64,000 nucleotides of DNA from Candidatus Eiseniibacteriota bacterium (GCA_963744995.1 CAVUWA010000004.1:288001-352000), one strand, 5' to 3'. Counted from the stretch's first letter, positions 13,040 through 23,294 are shown. Notes: a model not told the origin generated them from the letters alone. Numbers and translations: made by a program.

Positions 13040-13900
13040 ATGCGCGTACCGTTCGTGAAGATGCACGGTGCCGGCAACGACTTCGTCGTGATCGATCACC
13101 GCGAGGCGTTCCTGGCGGCGGATCTGACCGTCCTGGTCGCGCGCCTCTGCGACCGCCGCCGCGGTGTCGGCGCCGACGGGGTGCTGCTGCTCGAGCGCGA
13201 CCCGGAACTCGATTTCGCGATGCGCTACTTCAACGCCGACGGCGGAGCGGCCTCGTACTGCGGCAACGGGGCGCGCTGCCTGGCGCGGTTCGCGATGGAT
13301 CTCGGCCTCGGCGCGGCGGACGGGGTGCGGTTCCGCACCGCGGCCGGCGTGCAGCACGCCGAGCGGATCCATGACGGACGCGTCGCGGTCGCGTTCGGGC
13401 GGGTCGCGCGCGCGGGGGCGCCGGAGACGGTGACCGCGGCGGACCGCTCGTTCGAGGGCTGTACGATCGAGCCCGGCGTGCCGCACTTCGTCGTCGGCGT
13501 CGAGCGCGTGGATCAGGTGCCGCTCGAGCGCTGGGGGCCGGCGCTGCGCCGCCATGCGCGCTTCGGCGCCGCGGGCGCCAACGTGGACTTCGTCGCGCGG
13601 CTCGCGCCCGGGCGCGTGGCGATGCGCACCTGGGAGCGCGGCGTGGAGGCCGAGACGCTGGCCTGCGGCAGCGGCGCGATCGCCTCCGCGGTATGGGCGG
13701 TGCGCATGGGGGAGTCGGCGCCGATTGCGGTGTTGACGGCGGGCGGCGATGCGTTGATCGTCTCGCTGGATGAGGATCCAGCGGATCCCGACGGGTGGAA
13801 CGTACGGTTGACCGGCCCCGTGGAGATCGCGTTCTCCGGGGTCTGGGACGACGCGCCGGGCGCGCTCGCGCACGGCGAAGCGGCAGCGAAACGCGCGTAA
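13040..13900 (+). CDS. dapF: Diaminopimelate epimerase
   Basis: FVKMHGAGNDF, YCGNGARC, ERGVEAETLACGSG. Confidence 0.96.
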   Translation: MRVPFVKMHGAGNDFVVIDHREAFLAADLTVLVARLCDRRRGVGADGVLLLERDPELDFAMRYFNADGGAASYCGNGARCLARFAMDLGLGAADGVRFRTAAGVQHAERIHDGRVAVAFGRVARAGAPETVTAADRSFEGCTIEPGVPHFVVGVERVDQVPLERWGPALRRHARFGAAGANVDFVARLAPGRVAMRTWERGVEAETLACGSGAIASAVWAVRMGESAPIAVLTAGGDALIVSLDEDPADPDGWNVRLTGPVEIAFSGVWDDAPGALAHGEAAAKRA

Positions 13901-13910
13901 GGAGGCGATC

Positions 13911-14798
13911 GTGTTCGAAGGCTTGAGCGTGGCGATGGTGACGCCTTTCAGGCGGGGCGAGGTCGATCACGAAGCGACGGCGCGACTCGTCGACTTCATG
14001 ATCGAAGGCGGCGTCGAGAACCTGGTCGTGTCGGGGTCGACCGGCGAGGCGGCAACCTGCACGGTGGAGGAGCGGCGCGCGCTGTGGGCGTTCGTGCGCG
14101 ACCATGTGAACGGCCGCATCCCGGTGGTCGCCGGCACCGGCACCAACAACACTGCCGAATCGATCGTGCTCACCCGGATGGCGGAAGAGCTGCATCTCGA
14201 CGGCGCGATGATCGTCACTCCGTTCTACAACAAGCCGACGCCGAAAGGGCAGATCGAGCACTTCCGCGCCGTGGCGAAATCGACGACGCTGCCGCTGATC
14301 CTCTACAACGTGCCGGGCCGCACCGGCACGAACACGAAGCCCGAGGTGTTCGAGGCGGTGGCCGGCGAGAAGAACGTCGTCGCGGTGAAGGAGGCGTCGG
14401 GCAGCCTGGATCAGGCCGCCGCGATCCATGCCCGCACCGGCCTCACGCTGCTCTCCGGCGACGACGGCCTGACGCTGCCGATGATCGCCGTGGGCGCGGC
14501 GGGCATCATCTCGGTCGCAGGCAACGTCGCGCCGCGCCCGATGCGCGAGCTCACCGATCACGCACGGGCCGGGCGGATGCGCGAAGCGGAGGCGATGCAC
14601 CGCCGCCTGATGCCGCTCTTCCGCGCGCTCTTCATCGAGTCGAATCCGGCCCCGGCCAAGTACCTGCTGTCGGCGATGGGGCTCGCCGAGAACGAGCTGC
14701 GCCTGCCGCTGGTGCCGGTCGAGCCGGCCACGGAGGAGACGGTGCGTGCCGCGGCGGTGGCGGCCGGCATCGCGCTCACCGCGACGGCGCGGGCATGA
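13911..14798 (+). CDS. dapA: 4-hydroxy-tetrahydrodipicolinate synthase
   Basis: GSTGEA, TPFYNKP, LYNVPGRTG, VKEASG, ESNPAPAK. Confidence 0.96.
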   Translation: MFEGLSVAMVTPFRRGEVDHEATARLVDFMIEGGVENLVVSGSTGEAATCTVEERRALWAFVRDHVNGRIPVVAGTGTNNTAESIVLTRMAEELHLDGAMIVTPFYNKPTPKGQIEHFRAVAKSTTLPLILYNVPGRTGTNTKPEVFEAVAGEKNVVAVKEASGSLDQAAAIHARTGLTLLSGDDGLTLPMIAVGAAGIISVAGNVAPRPMRELTDHARAGRMREAEAMHRRLMPLFRALFIESNPAPAKYLLSAMGLAENELRLPLVPVEPATEETVRAAAVAAGIALTATARA

Positions 14799-15571
14799 TC
14801 CGGGTCGTCCTGCTTGGCGCGGCCGGCAAGATGGGCCGGGCGATCGCCGCCGCCGCGACGCACAAGGACGACGTGACGATCAAGGCGCGCGTCGATCGCG
14901 AGGCGAACCTGCCCGAGGTGGGCGGGGTATGGACCAGCAGGGCGGCGGACGTGGTGGGGCCGGGGGACGTGGTGGTGGATTTCAGCAGCCCGGACGGTAC
15001 GCTGGAGGCGGCGGGGCTGTGCGCGGGCCGCGGCGCGGGGCTGGTGACCGGGACGACCGGGCTCGCCGACCTCCACGAGGCGGCCCTGACCGAGGCCTCG
15101 CTGCACGTCCCGGTGCTGCAGGCGGCGAACTTCAGTCTGGGGGTTCTGGCCCTGCGCAGGGCGCTGAGAGCCGCGATGCAGGCCCTGCCCGCGGGCTGGG
15201 ACGTCGAAATCGTGGAAAGGCACCATCGCGCAAAGCTCGACAGCCCTTCGGGTACGGCGATTCTTCTCGCGCGGGACGTGATGGATCGGCGTGGCACGGA
15301 CGCTGCATCCCTTCGTCATGGGCGCGAAGGCCGCACCGGTCCGAGACCGGCGGCGGAAATCGGCATGCACGCGGTCCGCGGCGGTTCCTGGGTCGGGGAT
15401 CACACGGTTCTCCTGGGAGGAGAAGGCGAGTGGCTCGAACTCAGGCACGTGGCTCAGGACCGGACGGCGTTCGCGACGGGCGCGCTGGCGGCCGCTTCGT
15501 TCGTGGCGCAGGCGCGCCCCGGCCGATATACTCTCGAGCACCTTGCCAGCGAAACCGGCCGCATGAAGTAG
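14795..15571 (+). CDS. dapB: 4-hydroxy-tetrahydrodipicolinate reductase
   Basis: GAAGKMG, VTGTTG, ANFSLG, ERHHRAKLDSPSGTA; ATGA overlap with dapA. Confidence 0.95.
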   Translation: MIRVVLLGAAGKMGRAIAAAATHKDDVTIKARVDREANLPEVGGVWTSRAADVVGPGDVVVDFSSPDGTLEAAGLCAGRGAGLVTGTTGLADLHEAALTEASLHVPVLQAANFSLGVLALRRALRAAMQALPAGWDVEIVERHHRAKLDSPSGTAILLARDVMDRRGTDAASLRHGREGRTGPRPAAEIGMHAVRGGSWVGDHTVLLGGEGEWLELRHVAQDRTAFATGALAAASFVAQARPGRYTLEHLASETGRMK

Positions 15572-15606
15572 CCCCCCGGTCGAACCCATCCATCCAGGGA
15601 GCATGC

Positions 15607-18402
15607 ATGCGCGCAGCGCGACCATGGCTGGCCGCCATCGCCATCCTCAGCGGATTCCTCCTGTCCGCATCTCCCGCGTCCGCCCAGCTGTTCGGCAAGA
15701 ACAAGGTGCAGTACGAGCCGCTCGACTGGTCGGTGCTCGAAACACCCCATCTGCGCCTGCACTACTACGCCGAGGAGGAGAGCCTCGCGCGCGCCCTGGT
15801 GGTCTTCGCCGAATCGGTGTGCGTGGAGTACGACGGCCGCTTCGGCCTCGAACAGCGCAACAAGGTGCCGTTCCTGCTGTATTCGGCGCACCACCTGTTC
15901 CAGCAGACCAACGCCACGTCCGGCTTCATCGGCGAGGGCACCGGCGGCCTGACCGAATTCATCAAGGGCCGCGTGCTCCTGCCGCACACCGGCTCCTGGC
16001 GCATGCTGCGCTGGGTCACGCGTCACGAGCTGGCGCACTGGTACATGCTCGAGAAGATCTCGCGCGTCATGCGCGAGAACCGGCGTGGCCAGGGCTATCT
16101 GCCGCCGCTCTGGTTCACCGAGGGGTTCGCCGAGTACTGCGGCACCACTTGGGACGCCACCGCCGAGGGCCTGTTGCGCGACGCGGTGCTCAGTGACCGT
16201 GCCTACCCGCTGACGCGCAGCGAGCCGATCACCGGCACGGTGCTGATGTACAAGGAAGGGCAGTCGTTCCTGCTCTATCTCGCCCGACGCTTCGGCTCGG
16301 AGAAGGTGTTCGAGCTGTTCGACAACTGGTGGCGGGGCGAGGATTTCGAGACCACGTTCAGACTCACGTTCGGAGTGCCGCTCGAAAAGCTCGACGAAGA
16401 CTGGTTCGAGTCGATCCGCAAACGCTACTACCCGGTGGTCGCCGAAGCGGACCGGGCGCGTGACCTCGCGCGGCGCGTGACCCCGCGCGGCCACTACAAC
16501 CTCGGGGTGCGCATCGTTCCCGCCGCGGACAGCGCCGACACCACCCTGCGTTTCTGCTACTTCCAGGCGGGCGACGCCGGGATCCAGCTCGTGCTGAGCC
16601 AACCCGACGCACGCGGGCATCGCACCGAGCGCCGCCTGCTGCGCAGCGGCCAGTCGCCGGCGTTCGAGTCGTTCCACCTGTTCCAGAACCGTCCGGATGC
16701 CTCCGCCGCGGGGCACATCGTGCTGTCGTCCAAGCGCGGCGGACGTGACGCGATCTACGTGCTCGACACGAAGACCGGCGACGTCGTGCATCGCGCCGAG
16801 TTCCCGACGCTGGTGTCCGTGAACGACCCGACGCTGCTGCCCGGGGACCATGCCGCGGTGTTCTCGGCCCAGGACTACGGCGGCCGCGCCGATCTCTACC
16901 GGGTCCGGTGGGGCGAGGACGGCCAGGTCCTGGAGCGCCTCACCAACGACGACTACGACGACGTCGAGCCCGACGTGTCGCCCGACGGGCGCTGGATCGC
17001 GTTCGCATCGGATCGCGCCGATCGCGGCGGGCACTACAGCCTGTTCCGCCTGTCGCTCGAGAGCGGCGCGATCGAGCAGGTGAGCGCCAACGCCAGCGGC
17101 GACGATCGCCAGCCGGTGTACTCGCACGACGGGCGCTGGATCGCGTTCCGTTCGACCCGCGACGGCATCAGCGATCTCTACGTGCGTCCCGCCGAGCCGT
17201 CGAACGAATACCGCCGCGTCACCCGTCTCACCGGCCCGGCGACGGACCCGGACTGGCTCACCGGCGGGGGCGGTCTCGCGTTCACCGGCGAGGACGGGCT
17301 CGAGTTCCAGTCGTACGTGCTGCGCTTCGATCCCGACACGCTCGAGGTCCTGCACGAAACCCCCGGCCCGACGGCGCCGCTGCTGGCGACGAAGATCTAC
17401 GAGGACGACCCGGTGCCGTATCAGCGACGGCTCGGTCTGGACCTGGTGACCAACGCGCTGTCGTACGACCCCGGCCTCGGTACCGGCGGCGGCGGCGCGG
17501 TCGCGCTCAGCGACCTGCTCGGCAACGAGCAGGTGCTGATCTACCTCGGCAACGATTCGGAGCGCTTCGGGGACTTCTGGGACGGCTGGGAGGGCGGTCT
17601 CACCTACGTGAACCGCGCCCAGCGGCTCAACTGGGGCGTGGGCATGTTCCGCCTCACGCAGATCTACGATGCCGATCTCGACGAGGTACGGCGCGAGAAG
17701 CGCGTCGGCATGGTCGGCCTGGCGAGCTATCCGTTCAGCAAATTCACCCGCATCGAAGGCTCGGTGCTGGTGCGCCACGCGAGCGACCACCTGCTGCGCA
17801 ACGGCATGTTCGACAACGTGGATCTGGTGTCGAATTTCCTCTCGCTGGTCTACGACAACACCGGCTGGTCCTACCTCGGCCCGAGCGCCGGATCGCGCAT
17901 GCTGTTCTCCGCCGGGATCACGCGCGACATGTCGTCGGGCGCGGGGGACTTCGGTACGCTGATCGGCGACTGGCGGCACTACGAGCGCTTCATGAACGTG
18001 GTGTCGGCGACCCGCGTGCAGGGGCAGTCGAGCCACGGTCGGGACGCAGGCCGCTTCTACCTCGGCGGGTTCAACTCGCTGCGCGGCTACGCGCGCCGTT
18101 CGCTGTGGGGCACGCAGACGGTGCTGGTGCAGCAGGAACTGCGCTTCCCGCTGGTGCGCGGGCTGGTGTTCGCGGTGCCCGCGCCGTGGGTCTTCCCGAT
18201 GGTGTCGGGCGCGGTATTCGCCGACGGCGCCTGGGGCTGGGAGAACGGCATCATGGATCGGCGCGGGGTGATCGGCACGTCGGTCTATCTCGGCGGCGGC
18301 TACTACCCGGTGATCCGCTGGAACTTCGTGTGGCGCACGCGCGACTGGCGCACGTTCGAGACGCATCCCGGCACGCAGTTCGTGATCGGCATCAACTACT
18401 GA
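15607..18402 (+). CDS. Secreted/outer-membrane protein: peptidase MA-like domain + TolB-like PD40 propeller + Omp85/BamA-type C-terminal barrel
   Basis: Signal peptide; QLFGKNKVQY; HELAH and WFTEGFAEY; PD40 repeats (PDVSPDGRWIAFASDR, PVYSHDGRWIAFRSTR); FYLGGFNSLRGY; ends FVIGINY. Confidence 0.8.
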   Translation: MRAARPWLAAIAILSGFLLSASPASAQLFGKNKVQYEPLDWSVLETPHLRLHYYAEEESLARALVVFAESVCVEYDGRFGLEQRNKVPFLLYSAHHLFQQTNATSGFIGEGTGGLTEFIKGRVLLPHTGSWRMLRWVTRHELAHWYMLEKISRVMRENRRGQGYLPPLWFTEGFAEYCGTTWDATAEGLLRDAVLSDRAYPLTRSEPITGTVLMYKEGQSFLLYLARRFGSEKVFELFDNWWRGEDFETTFRLTFGVPLEKLDEDWFESIRKRYYPVVAEADRARDLARRVTPRGHYNLGVRIVPAADSADTTLRFCYFQAGDAGIQLVLSQPDARGHRTERRLLRSGQSPAFESFHLFQNRPDASAAGHIVLSSKRGGRDAIYVLDTKTGDVVHRAEFPTLVSVNDPTLLPGDHAAVFSAQDYGGRADLYRVRWGEDGQVLERLTNDDYDDVEPDVSPDGRWIAFASDRADRGGHYSLFRLSLESGAIEQVSANASGDDRQPVYSHDGRWIAFRSTRDGISDLYVRPAEPSNEYRRVTRLTGPATDPDWLTGGGGLAFTGEDGLEFQSYVLRFDPDTLEVLHETPGPTAPLLATKIYEDDPVPYQRRLGLDLVTNALSYDPGLGTGGGGAVALSDLLGNEQVLIYLGNDSERFGDFWDGWEGGLTYVNRAQRLNWGVGMFRLTQIYDADLDEVRREKRVGMVGLASYPFSKFTRIEGSVLVRHASDHLLRNGMFDNVDLVSNFLSLVYDNTGWSYLGPSAGSRMLFSAGITRDMSSGAGDFGTLIGDWRHYERFMNVVSATRVQGQSSHGRDAGRFYLGGFNSLRGYARRSLWGTQTVLVQQELRFPLVRGLVFAVPAPWVFPMVSGAVFADGAWGWENGIMDRRGVIGTSVYLGGGYYPVIRWNFVWRTRDWRTFETHPGTQFVIGINY

Positions 18403-18421
18403 CGCCGCGCGGGCCCGCGCC

Positions 18422-19663
18422 TCAGCGGCCCGGATCGATCACGATGCTGGTGGGGCCGGAGAGGCCGGCGACGCTGTCGAGGATCGCGCCCGCGGGGCTG
18501 ACGCGGACGACCTGCCCCGCGCCCGGGAGCGTCGCCCAGGCCTCGCCGCTGGCGCGGTCGACGGCGACTTCGCGCACTTCGGGCAGGCCCGCCACCTGGA
18601 ACTCGATCGTGGCGTCGCGGCGCAGCGCGACCAGCCGGCCGCCCAGCGCGTCGCAGACCCAGATCCGCCCGCGCCGCGGATCGACCGCGACGCCGATCGG
18701 CCCGCTGAGCGTGACGAGGCTGTCGAGTCGCGTGCCGGCGGCGGCGAGCCGGTACACGCTGCCGGTGGTGAACGACGTGACCCAGCCGTCGCGGGTGGTC
18801 GAGTCCACCGCCACCCGCGAGGGATTCGGCAGCGGCACCTGCCACTGCGGCGCGCCGTTCGACAGGAACGTGCGCACGCGGCTGCCGCCGCGCTCGCAGA
18901 TCCAGAGGATGCGGTTCCCCTGTTCGAACGCCGCGCCGAGCGGCTGGTCGATGAGGTCGACGGCCGGCGAGGCCTGAGTGCCGAAGCGCGTGTAGTGACG
19001 CACGTCGTCCGCGCCCGGGTCGCAGATCCACGCGGTCTGATCGCTTGGGTCGAGCGTGACGTCGCCGGGCTGCGAGAAGCCGGGAATGTTGACGTAGGTG
19101 CCCTGGATCGGGTCGAACACCTGCACCTTGCCGCCGAACGTGTCGGTGATCCACAACACGCCCGTGTTGGGGTCGACCGCGACGTCGTTGGGGGTCGAGA
19201 AACCGCCGCTCCGCTGCGACACGTAGCGCCCGTCGGCGGTGAGCCGGGTGATCGTGCCGCGGTCGAACTCGGTGACCCACGGACGGAGCCGCCCCGGCCG
19301 GGCGTGGTCCGCAGCGGGCATGTCGCCGCGGCCGTCGTCGAACACGAAGAACAGCTGGTAGTCGTAGGAGATGCCGTTCTGGACGCCGCTGTCGGTGAAC
19401 ACGCCGGCGTCCGGAGGGAGCACCGCCGAGATCGCCTGATAGGCGCCCTGGCCGGAGCGGCGCAGCACCTGAAAGCCGCGCAGGCCGCTCTGCCGCGAGG
19501 GGGTCCACAGCAGCTGTACGAAGCCGTCGTCGGCGAGCGCGCGGAAGTCCGCGGGCCGGCCGCCCGTGTGCGGGTTCGCGGGATCGAAGGGATTGCTGTG
19601 CTCGCGCGAGCTGCAGCCCGCGGCGAGCACGGCGAGCGTCAGTAGCGCAGCGACAAGGCGCAT
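18422..19663 (-). CDS. Lipoprotein with FN3-like domain and NHL-repeat beta-propeller
   Basis: Lipobox LAAGC; NPFDP; repeated P..VAVD....WV units. Confidence 0.75.
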   Translation of the reverse strand: MRLVAALLTLAVLAAGCSSREHSNPFDPANPHTGGRPADFRALADDGFVQLLWTPSRQSGLRGFQVLRRSGQGAYQAISAVLPPDAGVFTDSGVQNGISYDYQLFFVFDDGRGDMPAADHARPGRLRPWVTEFDRGTITRLTADGRYVSQRSGGFSTPNDVAVDPNTGVLWITDTFGGKVQVFDPIQGTYVNIPGFSQPGDVTLDPSDQTAWICDPGADDVRHYTRFGTQASPAVDLIDQPLGAAFEQGNRILWICERGGSRVRTFLSNGAPQWQVPLPNPSRVAVDSTTRDGWVTSFTTGSVYRLAAAGTRLDSLVTLSGPIGVAVDPRRGRIWVCDALGGRLVALRRDATIEFQVAGLPEVREVAVDRASGEAWATLPGAGQVVRVSPAGAILDSVAGLSGPTSIVIDPGR

Positions 19664-20070
19664 CGGGTGGGGGTCGCGATGACGCTCACGCGGTCGGTCG
19701 CGGGATGGCGCACGAAACGCAGGTAGAGGCCGGCGGCGATGAGCACCTCGCCCGCGATGAGCGCGCCGGAGGAATAGCGGTCGAGCCGCGTGGTCTCGTC
19801 GTAGAGGCGCGAGATCTCGCCGGGTTCGGTGGCCTCGAGGTAGCGGTCGTAGCGCGCGTTGGCGCGATCCCGGAGGACGAACGAGCCGCCGATCAGACCG
19901 GCGCCCGCCAGCATCGCGCCGTAGGCGAGCGCGTGGGAGGGCTTCTTCTGACTCGGCAGGACGACCGTCTCAAACGGCCCGGCCGCCCACGCGATGGCGG
20001 GGGCGGCCGGATCGATGAGGCTCAGAAGCAGGAGGGCCGTGCACGGCAGGGCGGCCGGATGGCGCTTCAT
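19639..20070 (-). CDS. Hypothetical membrane/exported protein
   Basis: 143-aa ORF with a signal-like N-terminus and two hydrophobic segments; co-oriented between rpsT and the NHL lipoprotein. Confidence 0.65.
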   Translation of the reverse strand: MKRHPAALPCTALLLLSLIDPAAPAIAWAAGPFETVVLPSQKKPSHALAYGAMLAGAGLIGGSFVLRDRANARYDRYLEATEPGEISRLYDETTRLDRYSSGALIAGEVLIAAGLYLRFVRHPATDRVSVIATPTRCALSLRY

Positions 20071-20080
20071 GCGGGTCCTG

Positions 20081-20338
20081 TCAGGCGGAGAGCTTCCGCG
20101 TGTGGAGCGCGAGACGCGCCTTGTGGCGGTTCGCGGTCTCCTTCTTGAGGATGCCCCTGGCCACGGTGCGGTCGAGCACCGACGCCGCTTTCAGGTAGGC
20201 CGCCTCGCCCTCGGCCCGGGTTTTCGCCTCGCGCACCGCCTTGATGGCCGAGCGCATGCGCGAGCGCGCGGCGATGTTGCGCTGCCGCGCCTTCTCGTTG
20301 GTACGAACGCGCTTCGCCGCGGACTTGTGATGCGGCAT
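20081..20338 (-). CDS. rpsT: 30S ribosomal protein S20
   Basis: MPHHKSAAKRVRTNEKARQRN...KKETANRHKARL; AGGAGG RBS. Confidence 0.97.
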   Translation of the reverse strand: MPHHKSAAKRVRTNEKARQRNIAARSRMRSAIKAVREAKTRAEGEAAYLKAASVLDRTVARGILKKETANRHKARLALHTRKLSA

Positions 20339-20381
20339 TCGACTCCTCCTGTCCCGTGAATGGCTTCGAAAAAGCCCGGGA

Positions 20382-20411
20382 AAGTTACGGCTTTCGGGCG
20401 CGGACTGTCAA
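20382..20411 (-). promoter_or_regulatory. Putative sigma70 promoter of rpsT
   Basis: TTGACA-18 nt-TAACTT on the - strand. Confidence 0.6.
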
Positions 20412-20421
20412 GGAAGGGGGT

Positions 20422-20450
20422 TTGCCGGTGCCCGGTACGGGGTGTAGGGT
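20422..20450 (+). promoter_or_regulatory. Putative sigma70 promoter of uvrC-xerD (divergent from rpsT)
   Basis: TTGCCG-17 nt-TAGGGT. Confidence 0.4.
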
Positions 20451-20491
20451 TGTCCCTTCGCGCACTGTCGGCCGGCCACCTGGAGGCGCTC

Positions 20492-22339
20492 GTGAGCGTT
20501 TTGAGCGACAAGGTGCTGAATCTGCCTGCGGCGCCGGGGGTTTACCTGTTCAAGGACGCCGCCGGCCGGGTGCTCTACGTCGGCAAGGCCAAGAGCCTGC
20601 AGCACCGGGTGCGCGGCTACCTGAGCGGCGACAACGCCCACGTGCGGCTCGACGATCTGATGGCCCGGGCCGCGGACCTGGACACGATCCTCACCGACAC
20701 CGAGGCCGAGGCGCTGCTGCTCGAGGCGACGCTGATCCGCCAGCACCGCCCGCACTTCAACACCCTGCTCAAGGACGACAAGAGCTTCCCCTACGTGAAG
20801 ATCAGCCTGCAGGAGGAGTTCCCCCGGCTGTCGATCACGCGCCAGGTACGCCAGGACGGCGCCCGCTATCTGGGCCCCTACACCGACGTCAAGAACCTGC
20901 GCCGCACCCTGCGCGAGATCCGCCGTATCTTTCCGATCCGCACCTGCCGCAATTTCGAGGACTACCGCCGCAGGAACCGGCCGTGTCTCTACTACCACAT
21001 CCGCCGCTGCATGGGGCCGTGCACGACCCGGGCGCGCGTGGATCCGGCCGAATACCGCTCGATGACGGAGAGCCTGATCTGGTTTCTCAGCGGGCGTGAC
21101 ACCGAACTGGTCGACCGGCTGCGCGCCGAGATGGCCGCGGCGGCCGCGGCCCGGCGCTTCGAGGCCGCGGCGCAGCGCCGCGACCAGATCCGGCTGCTGG
21201 AAACCGCCCGGGTGCCGCAGAAGGTGGTGGGCGCCGGCGGCGGGCGCGACACCGACGTGCTCGGGGTCGCCCGTCACGGGGCGCGCGCCGCGGTGGCGGC
21301 GCTGCTGGTCCGCGACGGGCGCGTGGTGGGGAAGGAGACACGGATCCTCGACCGCCTGGGCGAACGATCGCCCGCGGCGCTGCTGCACGCCTACGTCGCC
21401 CAGCGCTACCTGGGGGCGGCGCGTGCCCCGCGCCGGCTGGTGACGGCGACGCCGCCCGAGGACGCCGCCGTGCTCTCCGAGGCGCTCGCCCGCCACGCCG
21501 GACACCGGGTCGAGATCGCCGCGCCGACGCGTGGCCGCGAGCGCCGGCTCGCGCAGACGGCGGCGCGCAACGCGGCGCACCTGCTCGAGGACCTCGCCGC
21601 GCGCCAGGCGGGGCGCCGGGCGCGGCATTCTCGGGAGGTGATCGAACTGCAACAGGCGCTCGATCTGCCCGTGCCGCCCTACCGCATGGTGTGCTTCGAC
21701 ATCTCGAACCTCGGCGGCGACGCGCCGGTGGCGGCGATCGTCGCGGCCGAGAACGGGCGCCCGCGCAAGGCGCTCTATCGTCGCATGCGCATGCGCACCG
21801 CCGGCCCCGACGACTTCGCGATGATGGAGGAGGCGGTGACGCGCTACTGGACCCGGGTCGAATCGGGCGAGCTGCCGCGTCCCGATCTGGTGATGGTCGA
21901 CGGTGGCGCCGGCCAGGTTTCCGCCGCGCGCGCCGCGCTCGATGCGGCGGCGACGGTGCCGGTGCCGCTCATCGGGCTCGCCAAGCGCGAGGAGACCGTC
22001 ATGCGCGAGCACGCGCCGCCGTTGCGCCTGTCGCGCCGGAGCGCCGCGCTGCGGGCGCTGCAGCACCTGCGCGACGAGGCGCACCGCTTCGGGCTCACCT
22101 ACCACCGCCAGCTGCGCACCCGCAGCCGGGTCGGCAGCGCGCTCGAGTCGATCCCCGGCGTCGGACCCGCGCGCCGGGTCGCGCTGCTGCGCGCGTTCGG
22201 CTCGGTCGAGGCCCTGCGCGCCGCGAGTCCCGCCGACATGCACGAGCGCGCCGGGATCCCGGCCGCGCTGGCCGAGCGCGTCCACGCGCAGCTCGGCGGC
22301 GCCGTGCCGCCGGGGCCGGACCGGCGGCGGACCGCATGA
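20492..22339 (+). CDS. uvrC: Excinuclease ABC subunit C
   Basis: GIY-YIG region PGVYLFKD...YVGKAKSL; KDDKSFPY; CLYYHIRRCMGPC; FDISNL; DGGAGQ; RDEAHRF; HhH. GTG start follows GGAGG. Confidence 0.96.
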   Translation: MSVLSDKVLNLPAAPGVYLFKDAAGRVLYVGKAKSLQHRVRGYLSGDNAHVRLDDLMARAADLDTILTDTEAEALLLEATLIRQHRPHFNTLLKDDKSFPYVKISLQEEFPRLSITRQVRQDGARYLGPYTDVKNLRRTLREIRRIFPIRTCRNFEDYRRRNRPCLYYHIRRCMGPCTTRARVDPAEYRSMTESLIWFLSGRDTELVDRLRAEMAAAAAARRFEAAAQRRDQIRLLETARVPQKVVGAGGGRDTDVLGVARHGARAAVAALLVRDGRVVGKETRILDRLGERSPAALLHAYVAQRYLGAARAPRRLVTATPPEDAAVLSEALARHAGHRVEIAAPTRGRERRLAQTAARNAAHLLEDLAARQAGRRARHSREVIELQQALDLPVPPYRMVCFDISNLGGDAPVAAIVAAENGRPRKALYRRMRMRTAGPDDFAMMEEAVTRYWTRVESGELPRPDLVMVDGGAGQVSAARAALDAAATVPVPLIGLAKREETVMREHAPPLRLSRRSAALRALQHLRDEAHRFGLTYHRQLRTRSRVGSALESIPGVGPARRVALLRAFGSVEALRAASPADMHERAGIPAALAERVHAQLGGAVPPGPDRRRTA

Positions 22340-23268
22340 GCGCCGCGCTCGCGAGGCCGCGTCAGGCGCCGGCGGACGCCCTCGAGCGCCCGCTCGAGGC
22401 GTTTCTCGACGAATTGCGCACCGGGCGCCGCCTGAGCCCGCACACGGTGGATGCCTACGCGCGCGACCTTCACGACTACCTGCGCTTCGCCCGCAGCCAC
22501 CGGCTCGACGCCTGGACCGAGGCCGGCGCGATCTTCATCGACGGTTACTTCGCCGCGCTCGCGCGCCGCGGGCTCGCGGGCAGCACCGTGGCGCGGCGCC
22601 GCTCGACGCTGCGCGGCTTTCATGCCTACCTCGCGCGCGGTGCCGGCGGCTCCGCCGATCCGCTCGTGCAGATGCCCGCGGCGCGACCCGAGCGCCGGCT
22701 GCCGCACGTGCTGCCGATCGAAGACCTCGAGCGGCTGCTCGCCGCCCCGGCGGGCGAATCGCCGCTGGCGCTGCGTGACCGGGCGATGCTGGAGCTGGCC
22801 TACGGCAGCGGGCTGCGCGTCTCGGAGCTCACCGGCCTGCCGCTCGCCGGGCTCGATCTCGACGGCCGCGCCGTCACCGTGTACGGCAAGGGCAGCCGCG
22901 AGCGCACGGTGCCGTTCGGCCGCGCCGCGGCCGCGGCGCTGCGGGCATGGCTCGACCGTGCGCGCCCGGGTCTCGCCGGTACCGCGCGGCACGGCCGCCT
23001 GTTCGTGAACGCGCGCGGCGGACCGCTGTCGCGCATGGGATTCTGGAAGATCCTGCGCGGGCACGCGCGGGCCGCCGGGCTCGCGACCCGCGTCCATCCG
23101 CATACGCTCAGGCATTCGTTCGCGACGCATCTGCTGCAGAACGGCGCCGACCTGCGCGTGGTCCAGGAGCTGCTCGGCCACGCGTCGGTGACGACGACCG
23201 CGATCTACACCCATCTCGACCGGGCTTACCTGCGGGAAGTGCACCGCAGTTTCCACCCTCGTGCATGA
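22336..23268 (+). CDS. xerD: Tyrosine recombinase XerD
   Basis: RDRAMLELAYGSGLRVSEL, GKGSRER, LSRMGFWKIL (XerD-type), HTLRHSFATHLL, LLGHASVTTTAIYTH; ends HPRA. Confidence 0.88.
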   Translation: MSAALARPRQAPADALERPLEAFLDELRTGRRLSPHTVDAYARDLHDYLRFARSHRLDAWTEAGAIFIDGYFAALARRGLAGSTVARRRSTLRGFHAYLARGAGGSADPLVQMPAARPERRLPHVLPIEDLERLLAAPAGESPLALRDRAMLELAYGSGLRVSELTGLPLAGLDLDGRAVTVYGKGSRERTVPFGRAAAAALRAWLDRARPGLAGTARHGRLFVNARGGPLSRMGFWKILRGHARAAGLATRVHPHTLRHSFATHLLQNGADLRVVQELLGHASVTTTAIYTHLDRAYLREVHRSFHPRA

Positions 23269-23294
23269 GGGGGAGACACACGAAGGAGCAGGGA

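Noticed and set aside
14746..15606. 1218-aa ORF start and other over-extended N-termini in the ORF track (SNF2 966 aa, partner 980 aa, recN 797 aa, trpB 567 aa, csp 416 aa)
   Set aside because: The extensions run through the upstream genes in another frame. True starts are indicated by stop/start overlaps and RBS motifs, so these are not fusions.
11108..23268. The two tyrosine recombinases as prophage or island integrases
   Set aside because: Both are about 300-aa XerC/XerD-type proteins ending in HPRA, embedded in housekeeping operons (topA, uvrC), with no phage or conjugation genes nearby.
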